Shown piece by piece: positions 21,021 to 32,483 of a stretch of DNA of 64,000 nt. Both the position numbers and the translations under genes were made by a program. The DNA is from Rebecca billardiae RCC1528 (lineage: Eukaryota; Protista; Haptophyta): the NCBI GenBank assembly GCA_965240325.2, contig OZ251237.1:1-64000 (forward strand), given 5' to 3'. The notes beneath the pieces are model-generated. The model was not told where the DNA came from, did no database searches, and was given only the letters and a program-made list of their open reading frames with translations. How positions within the stretch are numbered: the stretch's first letter is position 1; each line of letters opens with the position of its first letter.

Positions 21021-23098
21021 ATGTCGCAGCAATTCGGGCGGTCGAAGCGGACCAACTCGGCGCTGCCGATCAGCAGCAAGCACCTGCAGCGGCGCTGGGT
21101 CGAGCACGTGCAGGACCTGCACAACCGGCGGCTCGAGGAGATCCGGCAGAAGAACATCCGCCCCAACTCGACCGGCAACCAGTGGGGCCAGCGCGACGCG
21201 GCGGGCGTGACTGACCCGAAGAAGCCGTTCTACCCGCACCTGCGCAACAACCTGAAGCGCGCGCAGCTCGAGGACGAGCGCTTCCTCCACATCGAGTGGG
21301 AGAACCGCGTGCTGCTGATGAAGATGTCCAACATCATGGCGCAGGCGCCCTCGCCGTACGACTCCTCGCGCGAGTTCTCGCCCGGCGTGCGGCTCAGCCC
21401 GAACCAGTACCCGGTGATCGACATGCACGTCTCGAAGGAGACGCGGCTGCCCGGCCGCGCCATCGAGCCCCGCAGCCTCAACCACGCGCACCGGCGCGCC
21501 GAGCTGCAGCGCATCGCGCGCGAGAACGCGGCGATCGTCTCGCGCATCCAGCAGCGGCAGCCGACGTACTCGCGCGACAAGTGGGTGCAGGAGCGCAGGC
21601 AGACGGAGCAGTACCTTGGGATGATCACCGAGTTCCCCGAGCGGTGCGCGCGCGCGCCGCGCCGCCGCCGCCGCCGCCGCCCCCGTGGCCTCACGCGCTC
21701 CGCCGCACGCCCGCGTGCGCGCGCCCGCGCTCCGCCGCGCGCAGCTCGCGCTACTCGCCGCAGAACCGGCTCTACTCGCGCGGCGGCTCGACGATCTCGA
21801 ACTCGTCCTCGCGGCCAATCACAGCGCCCGGCGGCTACTCTGAGGCGCGGCAGCAGCAGCCGGGCGCGCTGCCGATGCTGGGCGGGTCCGCGGGCGCGGG
21901 GGAGATGGAGCAACTGCTGCTCGACCGGCCCGCGCAGCACGGCACGCTCGCGCTCTCCCTCGCGCTGCCCCTCTCGGGCGGGCGGCCGCAGCTGCAGCTC
22001 GGCGACGCCATCGTCGTCGAGCCCAACTCCACTGCGCGCGAGTACCACCTCGTCACCTCGCTCGCGTGGCGCGGCAACGTGATCGTGCAGACGGGCGCGC
22101 CGCTCGCGTACGACCATCCGGAGGGCGTGCTCGTGCGCAAGGTGCGCGGCCGCTGCGCGGCGGGCGCGCGCCGGCTCGCGCTTCGGCGGGGCCTGCGCCC
22201 GCGCCCGCGCCCGCCCGCCCGCGTGCCTCACGAGCCCGGCGCGCGCGCCCGCACGGCACGCGCGCGCGCGCCCGCGCGTTTGCAGGTGGACCCCCAGGTG
22301 GCGCAGCAGCTGCTGCTGCAGTACAGGCAGCAGCAGGGCGTGCAGGGGGAGGCGGACGAGGCGGAGGCGGAGCGGCGCGCGGCGCTCGAGGCGGAGGCGG
22401 AGGCGGACCGCGCGCGCGCCGCCGAGGCGGCCGCGCAGATCGAGGCGGAGGGCCGCGCGGCCGAGGCCGCGAGCGCGGCCGCGGCCGCAGATGCGGACGC
22501 GGACGCGGACGCAGACGCGATGGCGGCGGATGCGGACGGGCCCGCAGCCGAGCCGAGTGAGTTGGAGGACGGCGCGGGGGCGGAGGGCGCGGGCAGTGCG
22601 TCCGCGCCGCCCGCAGCGGCGGCGGCCGAGAGCGAGCTGCCGCCGCCGCCGCCGTCGGATGCGGAGGGCGGCGACGGCAGCGCGGCAGGCAGTGGTGGCG
22701 CCGAGCCGGCCGCGGCCGAGAGCGCGCCGCCGCCCGCTGTGCTGCTGCAGCCGGCGGGCGCGGCGGACGGCGCGGTGAGCGACGAGCTGCCGAGCGGCAT
22801 GTCGCACTCGGAGGCGGAGGAGACGCCGCTGCCGTCGGAGGCGGAGACCGAGATGCCGCACTCGCAGGCGGGCGACTCGCCCTCGCGCAGCGCCATCGCC
22901 GGCGAGCCGAGCTTCCTCGGACCGCCGCCCGACGGCATGGACGCGCTGTCGGACGGCGGCGAGTCGGGCGGCGGCGCGGAGCTGGCCGCCGAGCTCGCGG
23001 CGGCCGAGGCGGACGCGGAGGCGGCCGCGCAGGCGGCGGAGGCGGCCGAGTCAGCGGCGAGCCAATCGGCGTCAGATGCCGAGGCTGCGGCGCGATAG
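21021..23098 (+). CDS. CFAP97/KIAA1430 (Hemingway) family ciliary protein with acidic tail, spliced
   Basis: HLRNNLKRAQLEDERFLHIEWENRVLLMKM and SLN...RRAELQRIARENAAIVSRI motifs. GT-AG introns at about 21644-21743 and 22142-22285. Confidence 0.8.
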
Positions 23099-23346
23099 AT
23101 GATGCCTCCAACGGTGGTCCCGCACTCTGTAACTCGACACGCGTCGTTCAGCTGACAGTGATGGTCTGTGGCACAGTGACAATGTCATGACACTGGAATT
23201 GGATTCACAGTCGTCAGTGCAGATGTACAGTCCTTACCTTAGCAGCTGAGGGGCAGCTTACTCACGCCGAGCCAAAATGAGGCAAAATCCATCCGGAAAT
23301 CCGGCCTGCTCTCGAAAACAAATTCGTTTGGCAGCGCGGGCGCGCG

Positions 23347-25760
23347 ATGGCCGACGCGAACGCCCCGCCCCCACGGGGGCGTCGATGGATGCAACCAGTG
23401 CTGCTGGTGAGCGCAGCAGCTCTCGTCGTCGCCGGCTCGCTCATGTCCCTGCCGAGCCTCAAGCAGACGCAGTGGGTGCAGGCGGTGCCCGCCACGAGCT
23501 TCAACCGCTCGCAGCTGCTGCGGCGCGCGATGATTGTCGAGCTGCAGCAGCCGGCGCGGCCCGCGCGGCCCGAATCGTCCGCGGCCGCGGGCGCGGCCGT
23601 CGCGGCGGCGAGCGCAGCGCCGGGCGCGGCCGTCGCGGCGGCGAGCGCAGCGCCGGGCGCGGCCGTCGCGGCGGCGAGCGCAGCGCCGGGCGCGGCCGTC
23701 GCGGCGGCGAGCGTAGTTACCTCGACGCCGCCCGACCCGTTCGCCTGCGTCGCGCCCTTGCCGCCGCTGCCGGAGACGGGCGCGCTGCGCGCGCTGGTCG
23801 GCCACTACAAGGAGCCGCACACGGGCCTGATGTTCGTCACGTTCACGAACAAGGACCGGCTCGACTTTGCGCTCACCTGGGCGGCGCGGCTGTGCCGCCT
23901 CGGCCTGCCCCACTTCGCCGTGGGCGCGCTCGACCAGACCACGCTCAGCCGCGGCCGCGCGCTCGGCGTGCCGATGTTTGCGATGGGCGAGCACAACCTG
24001 GGCGACGCGGACTACGGCTGGAACACGCCGCGCTTCAAGCTGATGGGGCAGGACAAGGTGCAGCTGCTGCTGGACGTCCTCGAGGCGAACGCGACCGCGG
24101 TGCTGATGGACGCGGACGCCGTCCTCGTCTCCGACCCGCGCCCCTTCTTCCAGACCAAGGCGGCCGCGGCCGACGTGCTCATCCCCACGGACTTCACCGC
24201 GCTCGGCGCGATGGACGGCGGGCTGGAGGAGGTGCGCGTGTCGGACCACGTGATGAACATCGGCGTGGTGTACGCGAAGACCTCGGTGATCCCGTTCGCG
24301 AGGGCGTGGCGCCAGCACCTCTCCGAGAACAAGGAGCGGTGGGACCAGAACGTCTTCAACGAGATGCTCAAGGTGAGCGCGCGTGCGCGCGGGCTCGCCG
24401 GTGGCCGGTGGCCGGCCGGTGGGGTGCGCGCGCGCGCGCGCGCGGCCGTGCCGTTGAGCACGCGCCCTCTCCCCCCGCGCTCCGCCACCCGCTCCCGGTC
24501 TCCCCGCCCGGTCCCCGCCCAGCGCGACTTCCACTCGGGGCTGGCGGCGCAGCGTGACCCCGAGCTCTTCAAGCAGCGGCTGTGGCGCACGCGCTCCAAG
24601 CTCTTCCCGCCGGTGGTCGTGGGCGTGCTGCCGATCGCGACCTTCTGCTCGGGGCACACGTGGAGCGTGAGCAAGCTGCCCGAGCGGGCGCGGCTCGCGC
24701 CGCACGTGTACCACACGGCGTTCGTCTTCTCGGGCGGGCCGGGCAAGCGGCACCGCATGCGCGAGCACAGGCTCTGGCTCGACGACCTCGCCTACTACCG
24801 GCCCAAGCCGGGCGAGGCGGGCTTCCTCCGGCTGGACGGGGCCGAGCCGCCGGCCGAGCTGCTGCGCGCGCCGCCGGGCGGCGGGGACGGCAGCGGCAAG
24901 GACGGGCTGACGGTGGACTGGCACTTCAAGCTGGTCAACTGGCAGCTCACGCGCATCCGCTCGGGCCTGCTGCTCGCGCGCGCCCTGCACCGCCGCTTCG
25001 TGATGCCGCGGCTGATCTGCGGCTTCGACCGCTGGTGGGCGCCCCACAAGGGCATCATCCCGAACGCCGCCACCGAGCTGCCCATCCGCGAGTGCCCGAT
25101 GGACCATGTCTTCAACCTCGAGACCATCCCGCCGGACTGGATGCCCAAGGAGTACTCCTTCTTCGAGAACGAGCGGTGCGCGCGCGCGGCAGCGGGCCGG
25201 AGGCGCGCGCTGCGCCGCGCTCGCGGCCGCGCGCGCCGGCGGGCCGAGCGCTGAGTGTGCCGCGCGCGCCGCCGCGCGCCCTGAATCACGCGCCGTGCAG
25301 CATGCCGGCGGACGTGAACAGCTCGGTCGTCAAAGTGCCGTCGCCCAACTACGCCTCGGCCACGGCGTTCCTCAACGAGCTCTCCTCCGCAGAGATCGGC
25401 GGCGCGAAGGTGCTCGAGGTGGCCAACATCGCGGACGTGTTCCACATCTTCTCGCACTCGGACGACCCCGAGCTGCAGGAGCTCGCGAAGAAGTTCGAGA
25501 ACATGGCGCGCAACTGGGTGGGCGAGTGGTGCTGCGCGTTCGCGCCCAAGGGCATGCCGGGCCACGTGGCGTACGACTTGTTCTGGGACGTCGAGGGGCA
25601 CTTTGACCGCGCGCGGCGCTTGCGCACCGGCGAGTGGCGCGCGCGGCTCGGGCACATCGACGTCTACGTCGGGGACTGCGTCTACAGCGGGCCGAAGAAC
25701 TACACGGTCGAATGCCCGACGGCACGACGCGGCGGCGCGGGCAAAGCTCGTCGACGATGA
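23347..25760 (+). CDS. Nucleotide-diphospho-sugar transferase (GT77, XEG113-like arabinosyltransferase), type II membrane protein, spliced
   Basis: N-terminal TM, LMDADAV DxD motif, NIGVVY, WDQNVFN, FCSGH, HTAF...GKRHRMRE and CGFDRWW. Introns at about 24373-24522 and 25176-25300. Confidence 0.85.
23588..23713 (+). repeat. 33-bp coding tandem repeat (GAAVAAASAAP, about 3.8 copies) in the GT77 stem
   Basis: The unit cgggcgcggccgtcgcggcggcgagcgcagcgc is repeated directly. Confidence 0.9.
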
Positions 25761-25878
25761 CGTCCGTGACGACGGTGACGTGACACGTCGCCAGCCGCGC
25801 GGCTGAGTCGTATAACGCATCGTCTAGTCAATAGTCATCCGAGCTGCGACGCGGCATATATATATACATCAGCAGACT

Positions 25879-26814
25879 TCAAGAGGCTTCCCCTGCTGCC
25901 AGTGCCGCGCACCACGCGCGGCAGTGGGGCTTGTGCACCTTCCACGAGCTGCGCAGGTGCTCGCGCGAGCAGAAGACCGCCACGTGGCACCGCTCGCACT
26001 TCTTCAGACCACGGCCTGTCCGTCCGCAGGCGATGCAGCACTGGGAGACCACCTCGCGCTCTCCAGCTGCGTTGGCCAGCGTCTCGCACGCTCGATCTCG
26101 TAGGTCGGGATCGAGCACTTGGGCACGGCGCAGCAGCCGCGCACCCTCCTCCACGTCGCGCTCCACTGCCTCACCGTGCAGCAAAAACTGTCCCAGCGAC
26201 ATGCTGGCAGGTGCGCACCCGCCATCAGCAGCCAGGCGGAACCAGCGCACTGCCTCGCCCCAATCCTGTTGCACACCCTCGCCTTTCGCGTAGCACCAGC
26301 CCAGGCTGCACTGCGCGAGCGCAACGCCCTGCTCGGCCGCCAGCCGGAACCATCGCGTCGCCTCGGCCCAGTCCTGCTGCACGCCCTTGCCGATCGTGTA
26401 GCACCAGCCCAGCTTGCCCTGCGCGTCAGCATGGCCCTGGTCGGCTGCCAGCCGGAACCAGCGCGCTGCCTCGCCCCAATCCTGCTGCACACCCTCGCCT
26501 TGCGTGAAGCACATGCTGAGACGGAACTGCGCTTGCGCATGGCCCTGCTCGGCCGCCAGCCGGTACCAGCGCGCGGCTGCCTCGAGGTCCACTGGCTGAC
26601 CAAGCTCGCCTGCCACGCAGATGCCGCCCATCCTCACCTGCGCCTTGGGGAAGCCACGCTCGGCGGCGAGGGTGTACAGGCGAAAGGCTTCGCGCTCGTC
26701 CTGCGCGATACCGTCGCCATCCTCAGCCCGCTGCGCCAGAAGGAATGTCGCACGCGCGTCGCCGCGCCCCGACTTGCGCCAGAGGAGACTGACCGCCGCG
26801 GAAGCGTTCGCCAT
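25879..26814 (-). CDS. Sel1-repeat protein with C-terminal MYND zinc finger
   Basis: 36-aa repeats AQxxLGWCYxxGxGVQQDWxEAxRWFRLAAxQG. C-terminus CIACG..LKKCERCHVAVFCSREH....WKVHKPHC. Confidence 0.92.
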   Translation of the reverse strand: MANASAAVSLLWRKSGRGDARATFLLAQRAEDGDGIAQDEREAFRLYTLAAERGFPKAQVRMGGICVAGELGQPVDLEAAARWYRLAAEQGHAQAQFRLSMCFTQGEGVQQDWGEAARWFRLAADQGHADAQGKLGWCYTIGKGVQQDWAEATRWFRLAAEQGVALAQCSLGWCYAKGEGVQQDWGEAVRWFRLAADGGCAPASMSLGQFLLHGEAVERDVEEGARLLRRAQVLDPDLRDRACETLANAAGEREVVSQCCIACGRTGRGLKKCERCHVAVFCSREHLRSSWKVHKPHCRAWCAALAAGEAS

Positions 26815-26990
26815 GAGATCCGCCGGGCGGACCCGACCGCGCGCCCGCTGTCAGGGGCGTTCCCGGTCGGGATCCTGCCACACGCTCCGCGACCGAGGGG
26901 TTTTGCCCCCCTGGCCCCTGGGGGGGAAAACCCAGCCTCCGGACTGGCGCTGCGCCAGTGGCGGCCGTCAACCCGGACTGCAGCGCACCA

Positions 26991-27891
26991 GCGCTTGGCG
27001 CGCGCGCGGCGCGGCGCGCTGCGGCCGTCGAGTTGCCGTGCGAAGGCGGCGCGTTGCTTGCGTGGCATCGGAACACGACCATGCTCCGCACTGCGCCCCG
27101 CAGCTCGCTCCTCGTCGACTTTGCCGCGCCTACGATCAGCGCGCATGCGAGCGTCGCGTCGGAATGAGCAGCCCGCGCCGGCCTCAGCCGTGAGCGCCCG
27201 CCTGGCGCGCGATGCGATCAACTCGGGGCACGAGCTGCGGCTGGGCGAGGAAGCATGTGCCTGCGCGCAAGCCGCGCCGCGTTGAGACACCGATCGTGAG
27301 CAGGGCATGCACCTTGCACGCAACGTTTCTTCTTGCCCTTGCGAATGTCGCGGTGCCCTTGAAAGGACTCCTCATCAGCGCAACTACTCAAGCATGGCAT
27401 GACGGCAGCCACGCGCGCAGGCGATGCATGAATGTACACGAGTCCCTGCACGCACACGCAACCCGAAGACTCCTATTCATCGCTTCAGGGCGCTCACGGT
27501 CTGTTGTTTCATCTCCACTGCATGCAAGGCTCGTGCAGGCTGATCGGCATTCGTTGACAGCCGTCTGAAGCTGCATCAACGCGCACGATCGATGTCTCAA
27601 CGCGGCGCGGCTTGCGCGCAGGCACATGTTTCCTCGCTCAGCCGCAGCTCGTGCCCCGAGTTGATCGCATCACGCGCCAGGCGGGCGCTCACGGCTGAGG
27701 CCGGCGCGGGCTGCTCATTCCGACGCGACGCTCGCATGCGCGCTGATCGTAGGCGCGGCAAAGTCGACGAGGAGCGAGCTGCGGGGCGCAGTGCGGAGCA
27801 TGGTCGTGTTCCGATGCCACGCAAGCAACGCGCCGCCTTCGCACGGCAACTCGACGGCCGCAGCGCGCCGCGCCGCGCGCGCGCCAAGCGC
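26991..27891. mobile_element. Foldback MITE, 901 bp, 308-bp TIRs, 3-bp TSD CCA
   Basis: Inverted arms 26991-27298 and 27584-27891 with few mismatches and a 285-bp spacer. CCA at 26988-26990 and 27892-27894. Confidence 0.82.
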
Positions 27892-28221
27892 CCATCGACG
27901 ACAGCGCGCCTTCGCGCCAAGCGCGTTTTCATTTTCCTCGCTTTGTTTTCGCGCGTGAGTTTTTATTGGCGCATGACCCGCGCGGGGAACGCCCCTCCGG
28001 CTCGGCCTGGCATGCGTCTGGTCCGAGCTTCCGAGCATTTTTCATTTTTTTGCATCGCGGTCATCGTCTGTTTTTATGGGGTTAACGCGACAGTCATCTT
28101 TTAAGTTTTAATCGTCACGGTTTTGATGGCCAAACCGCGCCCCCCCCTTTGCCCTACGTACTCAAGCCAGTATGAGACTGGCTTGAGTACGTAGTCGTCA
28201 GTCGATCGGCTGGCGTGTCGC

Positions 28222-29337
28222 TCACGACACCGCCATGCGGCTGCCACTCGGCGGCTGCGGCGGCGAGACGAGCGGCGGGGGCTGGGCGGCGGCCGCAGCG
28301 GCCGCGCCGCCCAGCGCCGCCGCACTCAGATTGAGCGCCTCTCGGATCTGGTCTGCGCTCAGCGCGCTGTCGCGCATGTCCGCCTGCCAGCTCGACGCCT
28401 TGCGCGGGTCTCGCTCGATCTGCGCGCGCATCTCCGCCGAGCCGTAGTCGAAGAAGCGCGCCGAGCAGGACGCGTCCGCCCAGCTCAGGTTGAGCGGCGA
28501 CGGCCCGCCCTCGTACGCGCCCTCGCGGTGCAGCAGCAGCAGCCCGTCGCGCGCGGCACCCTCCGGGTACGGCCACGCGCCCGAGTGCAGCGCGTCGAAC
28601 GCGGCGGCCGTGGCCTCGTGGAAGGGCGCCGGGACGAAGGCGCACGGGTTGGTGCGCGACTGCTCGGCGGCGTCGGTCTCCGCCAGCTTGGTGTGCGCCC
28701 AGAACAGCCTGAACTCCGCGGCGCAGTCGAGCAGCACGTACCCGCACCAGCAGAGCACGTCGAGCACAATGTACGTGTGCGCGGCCGGGCACCAGATGCA
28801 GTCGAGGGCGCACAGCCCGGCGCGGCCGCGCGCGCGCTCGTGCGCGCCGCGCGTGGCGCGCCTGCCGCCCGGCAGCGCCGACGGGAAGCGCGCGAGCACC
28901 GAGCCGTTGCGCCTGCGCGCCGTCGTCTCGCCGCCCGAGCTGACGACCAGGCAGCGCGTGCCCGCAGGGCGTGGGATCAGCAGCCAGTTGCGCCCGAGGT
29001 CGTCGGGCAGCTCGCTCATCCACTCGTACTCGACCAGCACGCCCGCGCAGGCCGTCTTCAGCCTGGACTCATCGCGCGCTGTCCGTGCGGGCTCCACGTC
29101 CATCACCTCCGCCACGCGTACGCTGCCGGCCGGCCCATCCGCCGGCTCGGCGTCGCTGCCCTCGTCGGCCGCGCGCACCTGCTCCATCGGCACGCCCGCC
29201 AGCCCGCGCGCGAAGGCGATGAGGTCGCGCCGTCCCTCGCGCTGCGCGCGCAGCCGATCCTCGCGCCGTCGACGCTGGTCGTCGCGACGCGAGTCATGGG
29301 CCTTCACCCCTCCGAGCTTGGAGGTGAGCTCCTCCAT
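28222..29337 (-). CDS. SNUPN: Snurportin-1 (m3G-cap snRNP import adaptor)
   Basis: IBB-like QRRRREDRLRAQREGRRD. EWM..LP.DL..NW...PRP.G.RCLVVS, LDCI, YIVLDVLCW, AEFRLFW and DGLLLLH...Y..G.SPL.L.W motifs. Confidence 0.9.
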   Translation of the reverse strand: MEELTSKLGGVKAHDSRRDDQRRRREDRLRAQREGRRDLIAFARGLAGVPMEQVRAADEGSDAEPADGPAGSVRVAEVMDVEPARTARDESRLKTACAGVLVEYEWMSELPDDLGRNWLLIPRPAGTRCLVVSSGGETTARRRNGSVLARFPSALPGGRRATRGAHERARGRAGLCALDCIWCPAAHTYIVLDVLCWCGYVLLDCAAEFRLFWAHTKLAETDAAEQSRTNPCAFVPAPFHEATAAAFDALHSGAWPYPEGAARDGLLLLHREGAYEGGPSPLNLSWADASCSARFFDYGSAEMRAQIERDPRKASSWQADMRDSALSADQIREALNLSAAALGGAAAAAAAQPPPLVSPPQPPSGSRMAVS

Positions 29338-30913
29338 CGTGCGGCGATAATTGACGCGTGTGTGGTCCGGGTGAGAGCTGTTCACCCGGAGTTTGCGGCG
29401 AAGCCGAGTCACTACAGACTATCGACGACGTGCGTCCCGACGAACGTCGAACGAGGGCCGGCGATCAACCGTGAGCGCACCCGCCCCGCGCGAGTGAGGC
29501 GAGCCAAGGGAGGAGCTGCGGATGTCCCCCCGCATCTCCGATGATGGCATCAACCTCTAAGAAGCGCTGACACTCGATGAGAGACACAACCGATCCAGAG
29601 GAGTTGCGGCGGGCGCGGAGCGCGGGGAGGTGGGCGCGGCGCGCATGGTGCAGGTGACGACAAACATGAAAGGTCTCGTTCGTCTGATTTCACGTGAAGA
29701 GACACTCATCACCACCCATTGCCTGATGCACCACTGCACGCCCGCGCGATCGCACACGCGCGCATGTCCTGCCACGGAGTGCAGTGCGCATGGTCGCTTG
29801 CTTCTCCGCTAAGGCATGCGTACAGCACACGGCCCCAAACAGGACTGGTGGGGCCTTTACGTGGCTCTCTCAGTCATGCTGAGGCTCACAGCTGCGCCGC
29901 TTGGCTAATTGCCTCCTCCCGCCCCCCCCCCGCCGCCCCTCGCGCGCTCGATGCCCTGCAGGCGCGTGCATCCGGTCGCGCCACCCTCCCTCGCCCCTCG
30001 CCCCGGCGCGCGCTGCAGAATAGGATGCAGCTTGCTCGCTGCACAGATGGCGCATCAGCTGAGGTACGCGCGCACAGCGCAGAACGCTGCGAATGCGCAC
30101 CCCTTCGCCCATGTGCCGCGCGTGGCGACACAGCAGGCGTGTCCTCATTCGACGCGGCAGCGCCAGCAGCGCAGCTGTGCTGTGTTGGCACAGTCATCAC
30201 TTCGCAGCTGCGCCGTGGTGCCTCCCGGCGTCTGATTCAGACGTCTGACGGTCGCCAATACGCCCAAGTGGACCCCCACCGCCGTCGTCTCGGGCACGCT
30301 CTCTGTCGCACTCGCCTCGCCCTCTGGCTCTGCTAAGTGCCGCAGTGGCTCAGGCCTCAGGCCTCAGCCCTCAGGCTGCGCAGTGAGCACTCACGGACAG
30401 TTCAGTCACTCGACGACCGTGACACGGCGTGTCACGGTCGTCGAGTGACGGAACTGACAGTCGTGAGCAGCTGAGCTCCGAAGTTGCCGAATTGTACGAC
30501 GTAGTACCTCCACCGAACTTAGACGAAGTATCATCGGCGCGATCATCATGTATATATGTGTGTATGTATGAATCGCCATATCATCAGCAGCAGATGACCG
30601 CGCGTCGCAGTTGGCCGCTGGCTGTTAGTGTGACATCAAAGAAAGTTTGCTGAATGCTGTCAGCTGCCGAGTCCGCCGCACCGCCACCGGGCGCAACGCA
30701 GTGGCGCACGGTCCGCGACCGCCTGACGCCCATCGCCGTCGGCTGTCCCGTGTTGTGGACGGATTGGTCTGATGCCGCTGAAGGGCCGTCATCGCTGCAG
30801 GTCGTCACCGAGCGGAGACCACGAGATCCAGCGCCCGGATCGAGACCACGGGCGAGGCCGGCGCGCGTTTCTGTGCACGCCGCCGAGCGGAGCTCGCACA
30901 CGCGCTGCCGAGC

Positions 30914-31430
30914 TCATGCGTCCTTCTTCTTCTCGTCCGCTGCCTGGAGGCTCTCCTGCTTGTTGTCCTGCTCCGCCTCCTGCATGCCCTCCTGGAACGC
31001 AGCGCTCGCGTCCTTCAGAGCGGACGCCGACTTGCCTGCCTCCTTGGCGACATCGGTCAGCTTCTCCGGGCCAAAGAAGAGCAGCGCCGCACCGCCAATC
31101 ACGAGCAGCTCGGGCCAGCCGAGGCCGAAGAGGCCTGGGTGCAGGGGCGGGATTGTAGGGGCATGGAACGGACCGGCCGTGTGAGCGTAACGCGCCCGTC
31201 TGGGGCGCGCGTGAGGGTGGGCGGCAGCGCACGCGCACGCGCGTACTCATCTGCGGCTGCGCAACCGCTGCTGCCGGCCGAGCGGTGACGTATGCAGGCG
31301 CCGGCGCGAATGCCGACGCCGCGTGCGCGCGAGCCAGGGGCTGCGCCGGGCGCCCGACAACCGGCGAGAAGCCAGCCGCGCACGCGGCCAGCGCCGCAAG
31401 GAGCGCGATCCGAAGGCAGACGGAGCTCAT
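30914..31430 (-). CDS. tatA: Plastid twin-arginine translocase subunit TatA/Tha4 with bipartite presequence
   Basis: Exon 1 encodes a signal peptide (LRIALLAALAACAAG-F) and an Ala/Pro/Arg transit peptide. Intron 31135-31246. Exon 2 reads SLFGLGWPELLVIGGAALLFFGPEKL...GKS...LKDA. Confidence 0.88.
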
Positions 31431-31634
31431 CGCTGCAGGCGGCCGGGTGCGTCGCCACGTCGAGCCAGCCCGAACGAAACTCGCCGCGCTCTCTTCCCGG
31501 CGGCCGCCCGGCTCGAGTCTCGAGTCTCGACAGGCGAGGCAAATTGGTTTTTAACGCGCCGACCGGGCCGACTTTCTCGCAAATTGACTGTTTGGTCCGG
31601 GAGCAAGTTGAGGTTCCACGCCGCGCCCGCCGCG

Positions 31635-31784
31635 ATGGCCGACTCCAGCTTGCTGGTGATCGCGGGCACAGTCGTCATCGGGCTCGTGGTGCTAGTGGTC
31701 ATGTTCTCGCAGCAGTCGGGGGGCGCAAAGACGAAGACGTCACGAGGTGGCCTGCAGCCCAAGGACTCCTGGCAGAAGCACTAG
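31635..31784 (+). CDS. Putative 49-aa single-pass membrane microprotein
   Basis: ATG in context gcgATGG, divergent from tatA. Hydrophobic LLVIAGTVVIGLVVLVVMF followed by a basic tail ending WQKH. Confidence 0.5.
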   Translation: MADSSLLVIAGTVVIGLVVLVVMFSQQSGGAKTKTSRGGLQPKDSWQKH

Positions 31785-32483
31785 GTGCACGAAGCTGCCG
31801 CACGCCTTTGCGGGCAAGTCTGGCCTGCAGGACATCCGAACCGATCCTCTCCCTTGGGCACGCCGTGCAGCGAAGCTACTTCCAGCCGACATGGTCGATT
31901 CGCCACAGCACTGCGCCACCAAGCTGGCCAGGCCGCCCGGCCGCGAAGTCAGCGCCCACGTCGGCCGCAGGCCGCCATCAACGTGAACGGGTTATTACGG
32001 GGACGGCAACGCGATGAATGTTTGATCGACGAAGCAGTGGCGTCACCGACGGTGGCGAGGCCGGCTGCCTGCCGGGCCCGTGCCCGCAAACGTGCAGGAC
32101 CGAAGTATGTATACGTATATATAGCAATAGCACGTGTCACAGACGGATGAGTCAGCCCGCCTGTTGCCAGGCCGCACGCCCCGTGATGTGGCATCGTTGT
32201 CGGCACCGCCGTGTCCGTGTCCGTGACACGTCCGTGACCGTGTCCGTGACCGTGACGTCTGTACTCTGTGTGGCGTGTCCGTGAGCCGGCGGGCCAAGAC
32301 CGCTATTGGCCGCAGCTGGTCACACTGCACGGCGTCGGAGTGGCCGACGATCCTAGCCCTGGCGGCGAGGTGGCTCGGCTGCGAGACCACCACGGGCAGT
32401 GCGCTCGCGGCGCGACGGCCGTGCCCGACGGCCGCGCGCCATGCGCCGAGCACGCCGCGCGCCCGCGGGCGCGGGCCGGCCGC

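Noticed and set aside
23588-23713. 33-bp repeats as a CRISPR-like array
   Set aside because: Contiguous in-frame coding repeats without spacers, in a eukaryotic gene.
29400-30600. Short ORFs and possible snoRNA-like boxes
   Set aside because: No convincing protein motifs and no well-formed C/D box pair with a terminal stem.
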